From: the human T2T-CHM13v2.0 reference genome, Homo sapiens
Assembly: GCF_009914755.1 (NCBI RefSeq)
Contig: NC_060934.1
DNA length: 64,000 bases
Reading direction: 5' to 3' (one strand)
The position numbers and the translations under genes are program-made. The notes beneath the pieces were generated by a model. It was not told the origin of the DNA. It did no database searches and saw only the letters and a program-made list of their open reading frames with translations. Of this stretch, positions 25,428 to 38,204 are shown piece after piece; position 1 is the first letter of the stretch, and each line of letters opens with the position of its first letter.

Positions 25428-28181
25428 AAAGATCTAAAAGAAAGGAACAGCCAATTCAGAATTTATATCCACTGAAAATATTCCATATCCAGTGAATATG
25501 TTTCTTAGCTAAGAAAATTGTCACAAGCATAACTACTGTAAAAGAAATGCTAAAGGAAATTATTCAATGAAAAAAATTATATTAGAAGGAAACTTGGACA
25601 TGGGGAATGAATGAAGGAATAATAACAGAAATGCAAAAAATTAGTAAACATAATAGGCTATTCTTTTTTTCTTAAGTTCTTTAAAATATAGATGATGATT
25701 GGAAACAAAAATTGCAGCCAAATATTTAATACATGTGAAAACTACATCACTAAAAAGGGGAGGTGAAAAGGTTTATTTCATGGTAAGTTTTCTATATTTC
25801 ACTTATAGTGGCAAAATACTAATTCTAATTAGACTGAAAATTTAGTAGAGATTATATATATATAATATGTAATTTAAATATATGTATTTAATCCCTGAAG
25901 TTACCACACAAAAAAATTTTTTTACAAGGAGATATAGTCAAAAGCTTACTAGATAAATTATATCGGAAGTCTAAAAAAAAATTAAATATTCAAAGAAGGC
26001 AGGAGAGGGAAAAGGAAGAAACAACAAAAGAAAACAAAAACAAAAACAGAGAGAACAAACAGAAAACATTAGTAAAATGGTAGCCTTAATCTAAACATAT
26101 TGAAAATTATATTAAATGGAAATGGTCTAAACATGTCAATTGAAGGATAGGGATTGTCAGAAAACAAAAAATAAAACCCAATTACATGTGGTCTATAAGA
26201 AACACACTTTAAATATAATGATATAGACAGGTTAAAAGTAAAAGGATGGTAAAGATATACCATGGAAACCCTAAACAAAACAAATGGGTGGCTATATTAA
26301 TGTCACAGTAATTGTCGGAACAAGGAAAATTATCAGGGATAAAGAGCTACATTACATAATGATAAAGGGTCAATTCACCAAGAAGACATAACAATCCTGA
26401 ATCTGCATGTACTTTACAGCAACACTTCAAAATATATGAAATAAAAACTGATAGAGCTGAAATGAGAAATGGAGACACTCACAGTTATGATTGCATATTT
26501 TAGCAAGCCTCCCTCAATAACAGAACAAGTAGAGAAAATTAAAAGGATTTACAATCGCTAAACAAAATACCATCTACCAACTGAAACTAACTGATATTTA
26601 TAGGATACTCCATGCAATAATAGCAGAATACAAAATGTTTTCAAGCGCACATAAAACATTCACCAAGCTAGGTCATATCCTGAATAATAAAACAAACCTT
26701 AAAAAGTTGAAACATACTGGAATAATACAAATTATATAATTTCAACAAATAAATAACAGAAAGATAATTGAAAAATCTCCAAACAATTGGAAATTAAATA
26801 ACATATTTCAGAATAGTCAATAGATTAAACATTTCTCAAGAGAAAATTAGAAAGCATTTTGAGTTGAATTAAGATAAAAATGGACAATTTATAATATTGC
26901 GATTAGAGTAGAATTTATAACAGTAAATGTTTCTCTTATTTTAAAGTAAATGTTTCTATTATGATCAAAGAAAAGTCATAATTCAATCATCTAAACTCCA
27001 CCTTTAGAAACTAAAAAAAGAATAAAATAAACCCAAAGCAAGCAAAGAAAGAAAATAATAAAGATAAGAGCAGAAATCAAAAAAATTGAAACCAGAAACA
27101 CAATAGAGAAAAATCAATCAAACAAAAAGTTGGTTCTTTGAGAAAAGATCAATAACATTGGTTTAGCCAGACCAAAAAGGAAAAAAGGAGAGAAGATGCA
27201 AATTATCAATATCAGGAATGAAAGAGGAGATATCGCTATTTAATATTCCAGATCCTGAGAACATTTAAAAAAAAAAAAGAAAATACTATGAACAACTCTG
27301 TATACATAAATTTGACAACTTACATGAAATAGAACAAGTCTATGAAAGCTATAAACAACCAAAACACACTCTCAAATAGCTAACCTGAATAGTCCCTGCA
27401 CCTATTAAGGAAATATGTAGTTGGAAAAAACAAAAACAAAAAACCTGTATGCTCAAATGGTTTCACTGATTTATTTTCCAAACACTAAAAAAAAAAAAAA
27501 ACCCACAAATTCTATATAATGTCTTCTAGAAAGCAAAAGAAAGAAATACTTGCCAATTCATTTTATAAAGCTAGTATTACCCTCATTCCCAAACTAGACA
27601 AAGACAGGACCAAAAAAGAAAGAAAAGACAAAAAGGAAAGAAAAGAAAAGAAAAGAGAACCACAGACCAATATTCTTCATACACTTATATATAAGAATAC
27701 TTGTATCTATGAGTCTATGACATAAGAGATGTAAAAATACTCCACAAAATAATGATAAATATATATATATCTATATATAGATATAGATATAAATATCAAC
27801 AATGATCCTTGTGGGATTTATCCCAGGAATGCAGAATTGGTTCAATATTCTAAAATCAATTACTACAATCCACCATGTTAACAAACCAAAGAAGAAAAAC
27901 TTCCCATAATTATACAAGTTGATGCAGAAAAAAACATTTCACAAAACACAATATCTATTCACATTACAAACACTCAGCAAACTAGAAATAAAAGGGAACT
28001 TCTTTAACTACGTAAAGGGCATCTAAGAAAATCCTTAAACTCAAGTTACACTTTATGGTGAGGAACTGAATCTTTTTCTCCACAATTGAGACCAAGGCAA
28101 GGATTATACTCTCACTAATCCTATTCATCATCATACTGGAAGTCCTAGCTAATGCAAAAAAGACAAGAACAAGAAATAAAG

Positions 28182-28480
28182 GGCCAGGCATTGTGGTGTA
28201 ATTCCAGCACGTTGGGAGGCTAAGGTAGAAGGATCAGTTGAGCCTAGGAGTTTGAGACCAGCCTGGGCAACATAGTGAGACCTCACCTCTACAAAAAAAT
28301 GAAAAAAAAAAAGCTGGTCCTGGTGGCACAGGCCTGTAGTCCCAACTACTAAGGAGGCTGAGGCAGGAGGATAGCTTGAGCCCAGGAGGTCAAGGCTGCA
28401 GTAAGCCATGATCATTGCACTCCAGTCTGGGTGATGAAGTGAGACCTAAAAAAAAAAGAAAGAAAGAAAGAAAAAAGAAA
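28182..28480 (+). mobile_element. AluJ (Jo/Jr-like)
   Basis: TTGAGCCTAGGAGTTTGAGACCAGCCTGGGCAACATAGTGAGACC and GAGGTCAAGGCTGCAG, with a (GAAA)n tail. Confidence 0.9.
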
Positions 28481-29239
28481 GACATACAGGTTGGGAAGGA
28501 AGAAATAAATATGTCTGATATTATATAGAAAATTGTCCATGTATGATTGTCTGTAGAGAAAATTCCATGGACTCCACATAAAAGTTTCTAGAACTAAGTA
28601 AATTTAGCAAGATTGCAGAATACAAAATCAACACAAAAATCAATCATATCTATGTGATATGAGCAAATCAAAACAGAAATCAACAAAATAATAGCAATTG
28701 CTATAGCTCCAAAACAAGTACTTAGCTATCAATCTACAAATTATGTGTGGCCTTAAATCTGCAAAATGCTGATGAAAGAAATCAAAGAAGACCTAAATGA
28801 AAAAGAGAGATTGGGTTTTCTTGGGTCTGTTGGGTCATTCTCAATGGGTTGAGAGACTCCAAGAGAATTAAGACGTTAATTTTCCCCAAATTGATCTATA
28901 GAATTAATGCAATTCCAGGCAGATTTTTTTGGTAAATATAGGAAAGGTGATCCTAAAATGTATATGGGAAAGGAAAGTTTTTAAGACTTATGATAAAGCT
29001 ATAGTAATCAAGACATGTGGTATTGATGAACAGACAGACACATAAACCAATGGAATACAATAGACAGTTCAGGGAAAGATGCACACAAATATGACCAATT
29101 CATATTGGACCAAAGTGGAAATACAATTCAATGAAGAAAAAATTGTCTTTTCAACAAGTGATGATAGAACAATTAAAGACACATAAAAATTGACATAAAC
29201 CTCACAACACACATACAAAAGTTATAAATGGATGATAAA

Positions 29240-31446
29240 CAACATCGGCAAAGTTTTTAGGATACTAAATCAATGCACAAAACTCGGGAGCAATTCTATA
29301 CACCAATAACATACAAGCTGAGAGCCAAATCAAGAACACAATTCCAATCACGACAGCCACAGTAAAAATAAAATACCTAGGAATACAACTAACCAAAGAG
29401 GTGAGATGTCTCTACAATGAGAATTACAAAACACTGCTGAAAGAAATTAGAGACAACACAAATAAATAGGAAAATATTCCATGCTCATGGAGAAGAAGAA
29501 TCAATATCGTTAAAATGGCCATATGGCCTAATGCAATTTACAGATTCAGGGGTATTCCTAATCAAACTACCAACATTTTTCACGGAATTAGAAAAAACTA
29601 TTATAAAATTCATGTGGAACCCAAAAAGAGCCTGAATAGCCAAAGAAATGCTAAGCAGAAAGAACAAAGCTGGAGGCATCATGTTACCTGATTTCAAACT
29701 ATACTACAAGGCTGCAGTAACCAAAACGGCAGATTGTGGTACAAAAACAGACACATAAACCAATGAAACAGGTTAGAGAAGCTACAAATAAAACCACACA
29801 TCTACAATCATCTGATTTTTGACAAAGTTGACAATAACAAGCAATGGGGCTGGGTGCCGTCACTCACACCTGTAATCCCAGCACTTTGGGAGGCCAAGGC
29901 AAGCACATTGCTTGAGCCCAGGAGTTCAAGATCAGCCTTAGCATCATGGCAAAACCCCGTCACTACAAAAGAAAAAAAAATACAAAAAGTTAGCAAGGTG
30001 TAATGGCATGTGCCTATGGTTCCAGCTACTCAGAAAGCTGAATCAGGAGGATCGCCTGAGCCCGAGAAGTTGAGGTTGTATTGAGTTATGATCATTCCAC
30101 TGCACTCCAGCCTGGGTGATAGTAGAGGTGAGACCCTGTATCAAAAAACAAAACAAAAAATAAACAAACAAACAAACAAACAAAAAATAAAACCCAAGCA
30201 ATGGGGAAAAAAAAATCTCCTATTCTATAAATGGTGCTGGGATAATTGGCTAGCCATATGCAGAATGTTGAAACTGAACCCCCTCTTTTCACCTTATACA
30301 AAAATCAACTCAAGTTGGATTAAAGACTTAAATATAAAACCTGAAACTACAAAAACCCTAGAAGAAAACCTAGGAAATACCATTCTGGGAATAGGCCCTG
30401 GCAAAAATTTCATGACAAAGTCTCCAAAAGCAATTGCAACAAAACTGAAAATTGACAAATGGAACCTAATTAAACTAAAGAGTTTCTGCACAGAAAAAAA
30501 AGCTATCAACAGAGTAAAGAGACAACCTACAGAATGGGAGAAAATTTTCTCAAGCTCTGCATCCAAAAAAGGTTTAATATCCAGAATCTATAAGGAACTT
30601 AAATCAACAAGCATAAAACAAATAATCTTATTTAAAACTGGGCAAAAGACATGAACAGACATTTTTCAAAAGAAGACATACATATGGCTGACAAGCATAT
30701 GAAAAATGATCAACATCACTAATCATCAGAGAAATGCAAATCAAAGTCATTATGAGATATCATCTCAAACCAGTCAGAATGCCTATTATTAAAAAGTCAA
30801 AAAAGATGCTGGTGAGGTTGCAGAGAAAAGGAAACACTTATATGCTGCTGGTAGGAATGTAAATCGGCTCAGTCACTGTGGAATGCAGTTCCACGATTTC
30901 TCAAAGAATGTAAAACAGAATTATCATTTGACCCAGCAATCCCATTATTGAGTATATATCCAAAGGAATATAAATTGATCTACCATTAAGACACATGCAT
31001 GCATCTGTTTGACGCAGCACAATTCACAGTAGCAAAGACATGGATTCAACCTAGATGCTCATCAGCAGTGAACTGGATAAAAAAAAAAGTAGTACATATA
31101 TACCATGGAATACTATGCAGCCATTAAATAGATTAAAATCATGTCCTTCGCAGCAATGCAAATGGAGCAGGAGGCCATTATCCCAAGCAAATTAGCACAG
31201 GAACAGAAAACCAAATACTGCATGTTCTCACTAAGTGGGAGCTAAACTTGGAGTACACATGGACACAAGGAAGGGAACAACAGACACAGGGGTTTACTTG
31301 AGAGTGGAGGACAAAGGAGGGTGAGGATCCAAAAACTACCTGAGGACAAAATAATTTGTATACCAAACCCCAGGGACATGCAATTTACCCATGTAACAAA
31401 CTCGCACATGTACTCCCTGAACCTAAAATAAAAGTTGGAGGGAAAA
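29240..31446 (+). mobile_element. 5'-truncated L1PA (L1PA15/16-like) inserted in L1M
   Basis: 14-bp TSD AAATGGATGATAAA at 29226-29239 and 31447-31460. ORF2 C-terminal peptide [12 protein letters not shown]...[20 protein letters not shown] (30088-30654). 3' UTR ends CTGAACCTAAAATAAAAGTT. Confidence 0.88.
29848..30194 (+). mobile_element. AluJb-like inserted in L1PA
   Basis: TTGCTTGAGCCCAGGAGTTC with a (CAAA)n tail. TSD CAAGCAATGG at 29838-29847 and 30195-30204. Confidence 0.88.
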
Positions 31447-32387
31447 AAATGGATGATAAATTTTATATAAAGCTATAAAAATTGTGAAAGAAAACACAAG
31501 AGAATATTTATCAATAGCAATTACCACAGCTCCAAAAAATAAAATAAAATAAAATAAATACTTAGCTATAAATCTATAAATCTTGGGGTTAGGCAAAGCC
31601 TTCTTAGATGTGACACCAAAAACATGATCCATTTTTTTAAAAAAAGAATAAACTGGACTACATCAACATTAAAAACTTTTCCTCTGCAAAATACTAAAAG
31701 AGAATAATTATAGGCAAGTTATATATTAAGAGAAATATTTGTCACGTATATGACAAAGAACTTGTATATAAAGACTGTCAAAACTTAATAGTAAGAAAAT
31801 AAGCTACCCAATTAAAAATAGGCAAAGAATTTGAACCACACTTAACCAAAGAGAATATACAGAAGGTAAATAAGCACAGGGAAAGATGCTGAACACCATT
31901 AGTTATTATGGAAATGCAAATTAAAGCCTTGATGATACCACCACAAACCTGTTAGAATGGCTGAAATAAAAAATATCGACAATACCAAATTCTGAGAATG
32001 ATGCAAAGCAGCTGGAACTGTCATATATTACTGAAAGGAATGAGAAATGTTATAGGCACTATGGAAAACAGCTTGCCAGTTTCTTAGAAAATTAAACATA
32101 TGCTTAACTTATGGCCCAGCAATCCCACTCCTAGGTATTTACCCAAGAAAAATGAAAACTATATTTCACACAAAAATCTGCATATGAATGTTTACAGTAG
32201 CTCTAGTCATAAGTACCAAAAACTGGAAACAGCTCAAATGCCTTGAAACAGGTCAATGGATAAACAAACTGTGGTACATCCAGATGATAAAATATTACCC
32301 AGCAATAGAAAGGAATGAATGCTTGATACTTGCAACAACATGCATCACTATCAAAGGCATCTTGCTGAATGAAAGAAATCAGTCTCA

Positions 32388-33677
32388 CATACAAATGGCC
32401 AACAGATATATGAAAATGTGCTCAATATCACTAATCATCAGGGAAATACAAATTAAAGTCGCAATAGAATATCTCCTCACACCTGTTTGAATGGCTACTA
32501 TCAAAAACGCAAGATAAGTTTTAGAGAGGATGTGGAGAAAAAGGAACCTTGCTACACTGTTGGTGTGAACGTAAATTAGTACAGCCATTATGGAAAAACA
32601 GCATAGAAGTTCCTCAAAAGATTAAAGATATAATTACCGTATGATCTCACCAGCAACCCCACTTCTGAGTATGTATCCAAAGGAATTGAAATCAGTATGT
32701 CAAAGCAGTATCTGCACTTCCATGTTTATTGCAGCGTTATTCACGATAGCCAAGATATGGAAGCAAACTGTGAAACTGTGTCCACCAACAGATGAATGGA
32801 TAAAGAAAATGTAGTTTATAATACACAATGAAATACTACTCAGCCTTAAAAAATAAGAAAATTCTGTCATCTGCAACAACATGGATGAACCTGGATGACA
32901 TGTTAAGTGAGATAAGCCAGGCACAGAAAGACAAATACTGAATGACCTTATTTGTCTATGGAACCTAAAAAACTAAAACTCATAGAAGTAGCAAGTGGAA
33001 TGGTGATTACCAGAGGCTGGTAGGCAGAAAGGGAAGGGTGAGGATAGGAAAGGGAAGATAATTGTCAAAGGGTACAAAGTTTCCGTTAGACCAGCAGGAA
33101 TAAGTTTCAGGATCTATTGCACAGCATGGTGACTCATAGCTAATGATAAAGTTCATATATCTCAAAACTGCTGAAAGGGTTAATTTTAAATGTTTTCACC
33201 ACGCAAAAAAATGATAAGTATATGAAATGATGAATAATGTTAATTAGCTAGATTTAATCACTCTACAATAATTCATGACATGGCATTGTACCTGGTCTAT
33301 AATTATTATTTGTCAATTAAAAATAAAATAAAATGGTCAGGTGCGGTGGCTCACTCCTGTAATCCCAGCACTTTGGGAGGCTGAGGCGGGCAGATCACTT
33401 GACGTCAGGAGTTCAAGACCAGCCTGGCCAACATGGTGAAACTCTGTCTCTACTAAAAATACAAAAATTAGCCCAGCACGGTGGTGCACACCTGTAATCC
33501 CAGCTACTTGGGAAGCGGAAGCACGAGGATCGCTTGAACATGCGAGGCGGAGCTTGCAGTGAGCCAAGATCACTCCACTGCACTCCAGCCTGGGCGACAG
33601 AGGGAGACTCCGTTTCAAAAATAAATAAATAAATAAATAAATAAATAAATGAAATAAAATACCACAAAACTTAAAAA
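32388..33677 (+). mobile_element. 5'-truncated L1MA-type LINE-1 inserted in the L1M 3' region
   Basis: Repeats the L1 3' ORF2/UTR sequence already present in the host element. L1MA-type UTR (TACAAAGTTTC..TTAGA..GGAATAAGTT..GATCTATTGCACAGCATGGTGACT). Degenerate TSD AAAGAAATCAGTCTCA / AAAGGAATCAGTTTCA (14/16). Confidence 0.8.
33335..33650 (+). mobile_element. AluS (Sx/Sz-like) inserted in the L1MA A-tail
   Basis: Full dimer with (TAAA)n tail. Confidence 0.92.
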
Positions 33678-33885
33678 AAAGGAATCAGTTTCAAATGGCT
33701 ACCTACTATATGATTCCATTTGTATGACATCTGGAAAACACAAAACTACAGTGATGGAGAAAAGATCAATGGTTGTCAGAGGCTATGGACAGGAGGAGGA
33801 TGTGTCTAAAAAAGGAGCAGCACAGGGAATTTTGGCAGTGATGGATCTGTTCTGTGTCCTGTTTGTGGTGAAGGTTTACATGAAT

Positions 33886-34110
33886 CTATATATGTGTGTG
33901 TGTAAATATACATACATATATACACGTACATGTATATGTACATGTTTATACACATATATGTATATACACATATGTAGTTGTACATGTATATGCATACATA
34001 TGTATATATAAATAATATACACATGCATATATGTGTATATACACATATGTGTATATATATGTAAACATATATAGCGTCTCTCTATATAACATATATAATC
34101 TATGTATGTG
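33886..34110. repeat. Degenerate (TA/TG/CA)n alternating purine-pyrimidine simple repeat within L1M 3' UTR
   Basis: TATATGTGTG..ACATATATACACGTACATGTATATG.., about 220 bp. Confidence 0.9.
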
Positions 34111-34429
34111 TTAACTCTACATCCAAAAAATCAATTTTATCGGATGTTAACTTTAAAAATAAAGAAAATAGAGCAAAAATTCATACTTAGTATTTCAAAT
34201 ATTTTTAAAGGAGGAAATATCACTCATGAAGAAAACAATACATTGTGAAACATAAAAACAGGCAGAACTGAAACAGTATCATGTGAGTGTGAGCTTTTTT
34301 TAGAAGAGAGTGATTAAGTAACTTGACAACAAGACACATATTTAATAAGAGACACTAGTGGGATTTGAATGCAAGTCCCCTGACTTGGACTACAGAAGAA
34401 TTTTTACAGAAGTATCCCACAAAGCACCC

Positions 34430-34630
34430 GTGCTAAGTGGGAAAGAGCCCTGGATTCCAACTCAACATGCTTGCATTTGAATCTTGGCTCCACCCTGCCT
34501 TCTAGCTTTGAATCTGTTTCCTCTTCTGTAAAATGAGATCAATAGCAGAATCTACCTTATAAAATTTTGTCACGTGTATGTAAAATGCTTCATGTATCCC
34601 CGACATAGGAGTGTTCAAGAAATGGCAGCT
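34430..34630 (+). mobile_element. MIR SINE
   Basis: GGAAAGAGCCCTGGA..TTTGAATCTTGGCTCCACC..TCTGTTTCCTCTTCTGTAAAATG. Confidence 0.7.
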
Positions 34631-34958
34631 ATTTACCTCTTGCAGCCTTAGTTTCTCCCCTAGCAACATAGAAATGACACCTGCGTTGTGAGAGTTTTAA
34701 AAAGCATGCTACAAATATGTTCTTTTGCTGGCATGTTAGTATTTGCACAAAGAACACAAGTCCTTGAGGTTTATATTTAGTTACAGAAATGGATGAAGTA
34801 AATTGAATTTAGGTATGTTTGATACAAAACACAGTCTTCCTTTCACTCCCACCCCACCTCCAGCTCCTTTCTCATTTTTGGCTGTGTAATGAATGCTCTC
34901 TGGGTACATGTCCATAACTATTTAAAAATATCTATCAAGATTTTCTTCATCGAGATTT

Positions 34959-35013
<55 letters not shown>

Positions 35014-35020
35014 TATATAT
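34959..35020. repeat. (TA)n(TG)n microsatellite
   Basis: About (TA)7 followed by (TG)19. Confidence 0.95.
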
Positions 35021-35055
35021 GTCTATGTATTCCTGTACAGCCTGCAGAACCATAT

Positions 35056-35504
35056 GGATATGGTGTGGATCTGTGTCCCCACCCATATCTGATATTGAAT
35101 TGTAATTTCCAGTGTTGGAGGTGAGGACTGGTGGGAGGTGATTGGACCACGGGGGAAGATTTCTTGTGAATGATTTAGCCCCATCATCTTTGTACTATCC
35201 TCATGATAGTGAGTGAGTTCCTGTGAGATGTGGTCATTTAAAAATGTGTAGCACTTTCCCCCTCACTCTGTCATTCCCGCTCTGCTCATGTGATGTGCCT
35301 GCTGTGGCCATATGATGTGCCTGCTCCCCCTTCGCCTTCTGCCATGATTGTCTAAGTTTCCTGAGGCCTCTCCAGAAGCCAGCAGATGCCAGCGTCATGC
35401 TTACAGTACAGCCTGCAGAACTATGAGCCAATTAAGCATCTTTTCTTTATAAATTACCCAGTCTCATGTATTTCTTTATAGCAATGCAAGCACAGACTAA
35501 TACA
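35056..35504 (+). mobile_element. MSTA-like MaLR solo LTR
   Basis: GATATGGTGTGGATCTGTGTCCCCACCC...AAGTTTCCTGAGGCCTC...CTTTATAAATTACCCAGTCTC...GACTAATACA. Confidence 0.92.
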
Positions 35505-35786
35505 TATATAATCTGGGCTCAAAGACAAGAAAAAGTAATCAAGATAAGGAACAAGAGGAAGGCAGAGGGAAGCAAGAGGAGCAGAAAAAAAGCCTCCTAG
35601 AATAACTTTTCTGAGCAAAGCAACTCTGGTTAGCTTGTTGCTTTTATGCACTTGTGAAGCAGGAGCACACATTGCAAGCACCCTGATTATTATTATAAAT
35701 ATAGATCACCTCGATTACTGTAAGTGATGTTGCTTAATACAATGGATAGCAGCTTTTTAAAACAGGCAAAGCTCTTTTCCAAGTAT

Positions 35787-35794
35787 TGACGTCA
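35787..35794. promoter_or_regulatory. Full palindromic CRE (TGACGTCA) in unique sequence
   Basis: Exact CREB/ATF consensus with its CpG retained in a CpG-depleted region. Function is untested. Confidence 0.4.
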
Positions 35795-36529
35795 GCAGGA
35801 CCTTGTAATTGTTCCTCTTATTGGTTCAACCGCCACTACAGCCACAGATGTCGCCAGCAAGCATGACAGGGACTGCCGCTTTCCACACTGCAACACAGAC
35901 TCGAAGAAGCTGCCCTCTACTTGGGGTTGGTAGGGTTGGTAGCAACCTTTGCCTCTAGCTTATTAGCTGTGTGCATCATTTTCAGTTAGAGGTGTAAGAT
36001 GGTTGGGAGAAGCGGATCAAGGTGTGCTTAGGTAGGAAATGTTTGTTTTATCTCTTTTCTCACTTGAGTTTACAAAATTCAGTGTTAGAATTCACCTCAG
36101 TTCACCTGTAAGGTAGGCATTGGTGCTCTCCTTATTCATAGGCAGAGGAAATGCCTGCCTGGTTTAATTCTTTAGGTGAGAATCTGCAAGCCCTTTTCTC
36201 CTACTCCAACTCATTCTCCCACCAGCCCTGACATGTTGCTAGAAATATCAGGATTATTAAATCTGGATTAATATTTTGGCTAGATTTAACTTTTTGGCCT
36301 TTTAGCAAAGAGCAGGACCTAGAGAAAAAGAGATCCAAGAAAGACAAGTTTTGGCAGGAACATTAAAGGTGAGATAGAAAAAGGGATTAGAAGCAGCAAA
36401 GAATGATGGGGTTCAGAGGTGTTCAGGGTGCTGGGCAGAGATGAGGAACATTCAGAAAGGAAGAGAACACAAATAAAAATGGAAGTTGCTAAACACGATT
36501 TTGCCCACTCCATCAGAAGAAACTTACCT

Positions 36530-37363
36530 AGATATCACTTCATACCTGTTAGGATGGCTTTCATCAAAAAGACAAAAGATAAGTGTTGGTGAATGTGGGA
36601 AGAAAGGAAACCCTAGCACACTGTTGGTGGGAATGTAGATTGATTCACCCACTGCAGAAAACAGCATGGAGTTTCCTAAAGAAATTAAAAATAGAGGTGG
36701 TGGACATGACCCAGCAATCCCTCTTCTGGGTATATACCCAAAGGAAATGAAATCACTACATCGTAAACATATCTGCACTCGCATATTTATGGCAGCCTTA
36801 TTCACAGTAGCTAAGATATGGGAACAACTAAAGTGTCTGTCAATGTATGCATTAATAAAAAAATTGTGGTGTATTTATATACAATGGAATATTATTCAGC
36901 CTTAAAAAAGAAAGAGATCTTGCCATTTGTGACAACATGGATGAACCTAATTGACATTAGAAGTGAAATAAGCCAGGAACAGAAAGAAAAATACTGCATG
37001 ACCTCCCTTATATGCGGAAACAACAAAAAAGAATTGAATACATTGAAATGGAGTAGAATAGTGGTTACCAGGGGTGAGGAAAGGGGAAGATGTAGGTCAG
37101 CAGGCACAAAGTTGCAGTTATGTAGGATGAATAGGTTTAGAGCTCTAAAGTACAACAGGAGAAGTATAGTTAATAATATTGTATTATATATGAGAAATTT
37201 GCTTGGAGAGTGGGCGTTAGGCACCCTTATCACACATATAAGAAAGATAACTGTATAAGATGATGGATATGTTCCTTTGCTTGATTGTAGTAATAGCTTT
37301 GCTATAGGTATATCAAAGCATCATACTGTACACCTTAAATACAGAAAATAAAAAGTAAATAAA
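36530..37363 (+). mobile_element. 5'-truncated L1MA (L1MA8-like) 3' end
   Basis: Exact 15-bp TSD AGAAGAAACTTACCT at 36515-36529 and 37364-37378. Peptide [13 protein letters not shown] (36666-36905). 3' UTR GTAGGATGAATAGG..TATAGTTAATAATATTGTATT. Confidence 0.9.
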
Positions 37364-38204
37364 AGAAGAAACTTACCTGGTCCTTCTAAGATTAAGTAAT
37401 AAGAAAATGACTTGGTAGTTGGCTATTCTCTGTGTCCTATTTTATCACACTCTGAGTAATGTTTATTGAAGAGCGGGAAATACTAAACATGTTGGGTTTT
37501 AGAGATAAAATGAGATGTGTCATGACTTTGAAGTTGGTTGTCTTAATTTTGCCTTTATTCACCACAAGTAAGACTTGGAAAGCTGTGAAATCTTGGGGTT
37601 TTTTTCCCCCACTGGCTATGTTCCCATGTTCATAATAATGCTTCCGGAAAGACCAAACTCAAGTCATGTCCCGGATGTGACCAAGACTGGAATATTATCT
37701 AGGATCTGTATAAAACTCTCGTTTTCCGAGAGAATGTTTGCTAAAATAGCTCTTGTAACTCCCAAAAGTCTGACTGGTTTTCTCGCTGCATGTGAAGGCT
37801 GATTTGCTTTGACTGAGACCTGTATACATGTGCTCCGCCTATGGTAATTGGCCATGCCTTAGGGTTGGGGGTAGGGTGGGGGACAACGGTACGTGTAAAA
37901 CAGAAATGACATCTTCATTTCCTGCAAAAGCCATTTGTGTAAACTGTGTAAACTCTGTGAACTTTGCTGAGTTTCAATAAATACTTTGAAATCTGAGATG
38001 ACTGAGACTTCTTTCTGCCCTGTCTAGGGTAACAATAAACTTCCAGCAAATGTTGACTTCTGAGGAAGTAGCCACAGCCACCAGCTTCACCAAGAAAAGG
38101 AGGGGGAGAGTTTCTTCACCTCAAAGAATGCTCTAAATGGATACAGATAATTAACCATGTTATAAAGCCCCTGGTTGTGCCTGAGTTCTATTAATGGTTT
38201 GGGT

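Larger units (their letters stand above)
22900..34170 (+). mobile_element. Ancient near full-length L1M (L1MD/L1ME-like), heavily interrupted
   Basis: 5' end TCTGGTTCC..AAGATGGAGTAAGCAC. ORF1-like region about 24400-25600. ORF2 endonuclease start near 26078. ORF2 blocks continue to about 32380. L1M-type 3' UTR (GATTCCATTTGTATGACATCTGGAAAA...GATCAATGGTTGTCAG) at 33700-34170. Subfamily uncertain. Confidence 0.8.

Noticed and set aside
30088-30654. 188-aa ORF
   Set aside because: Alu tail read-through fused to an L1PA ORF2 C-terminal fragment.
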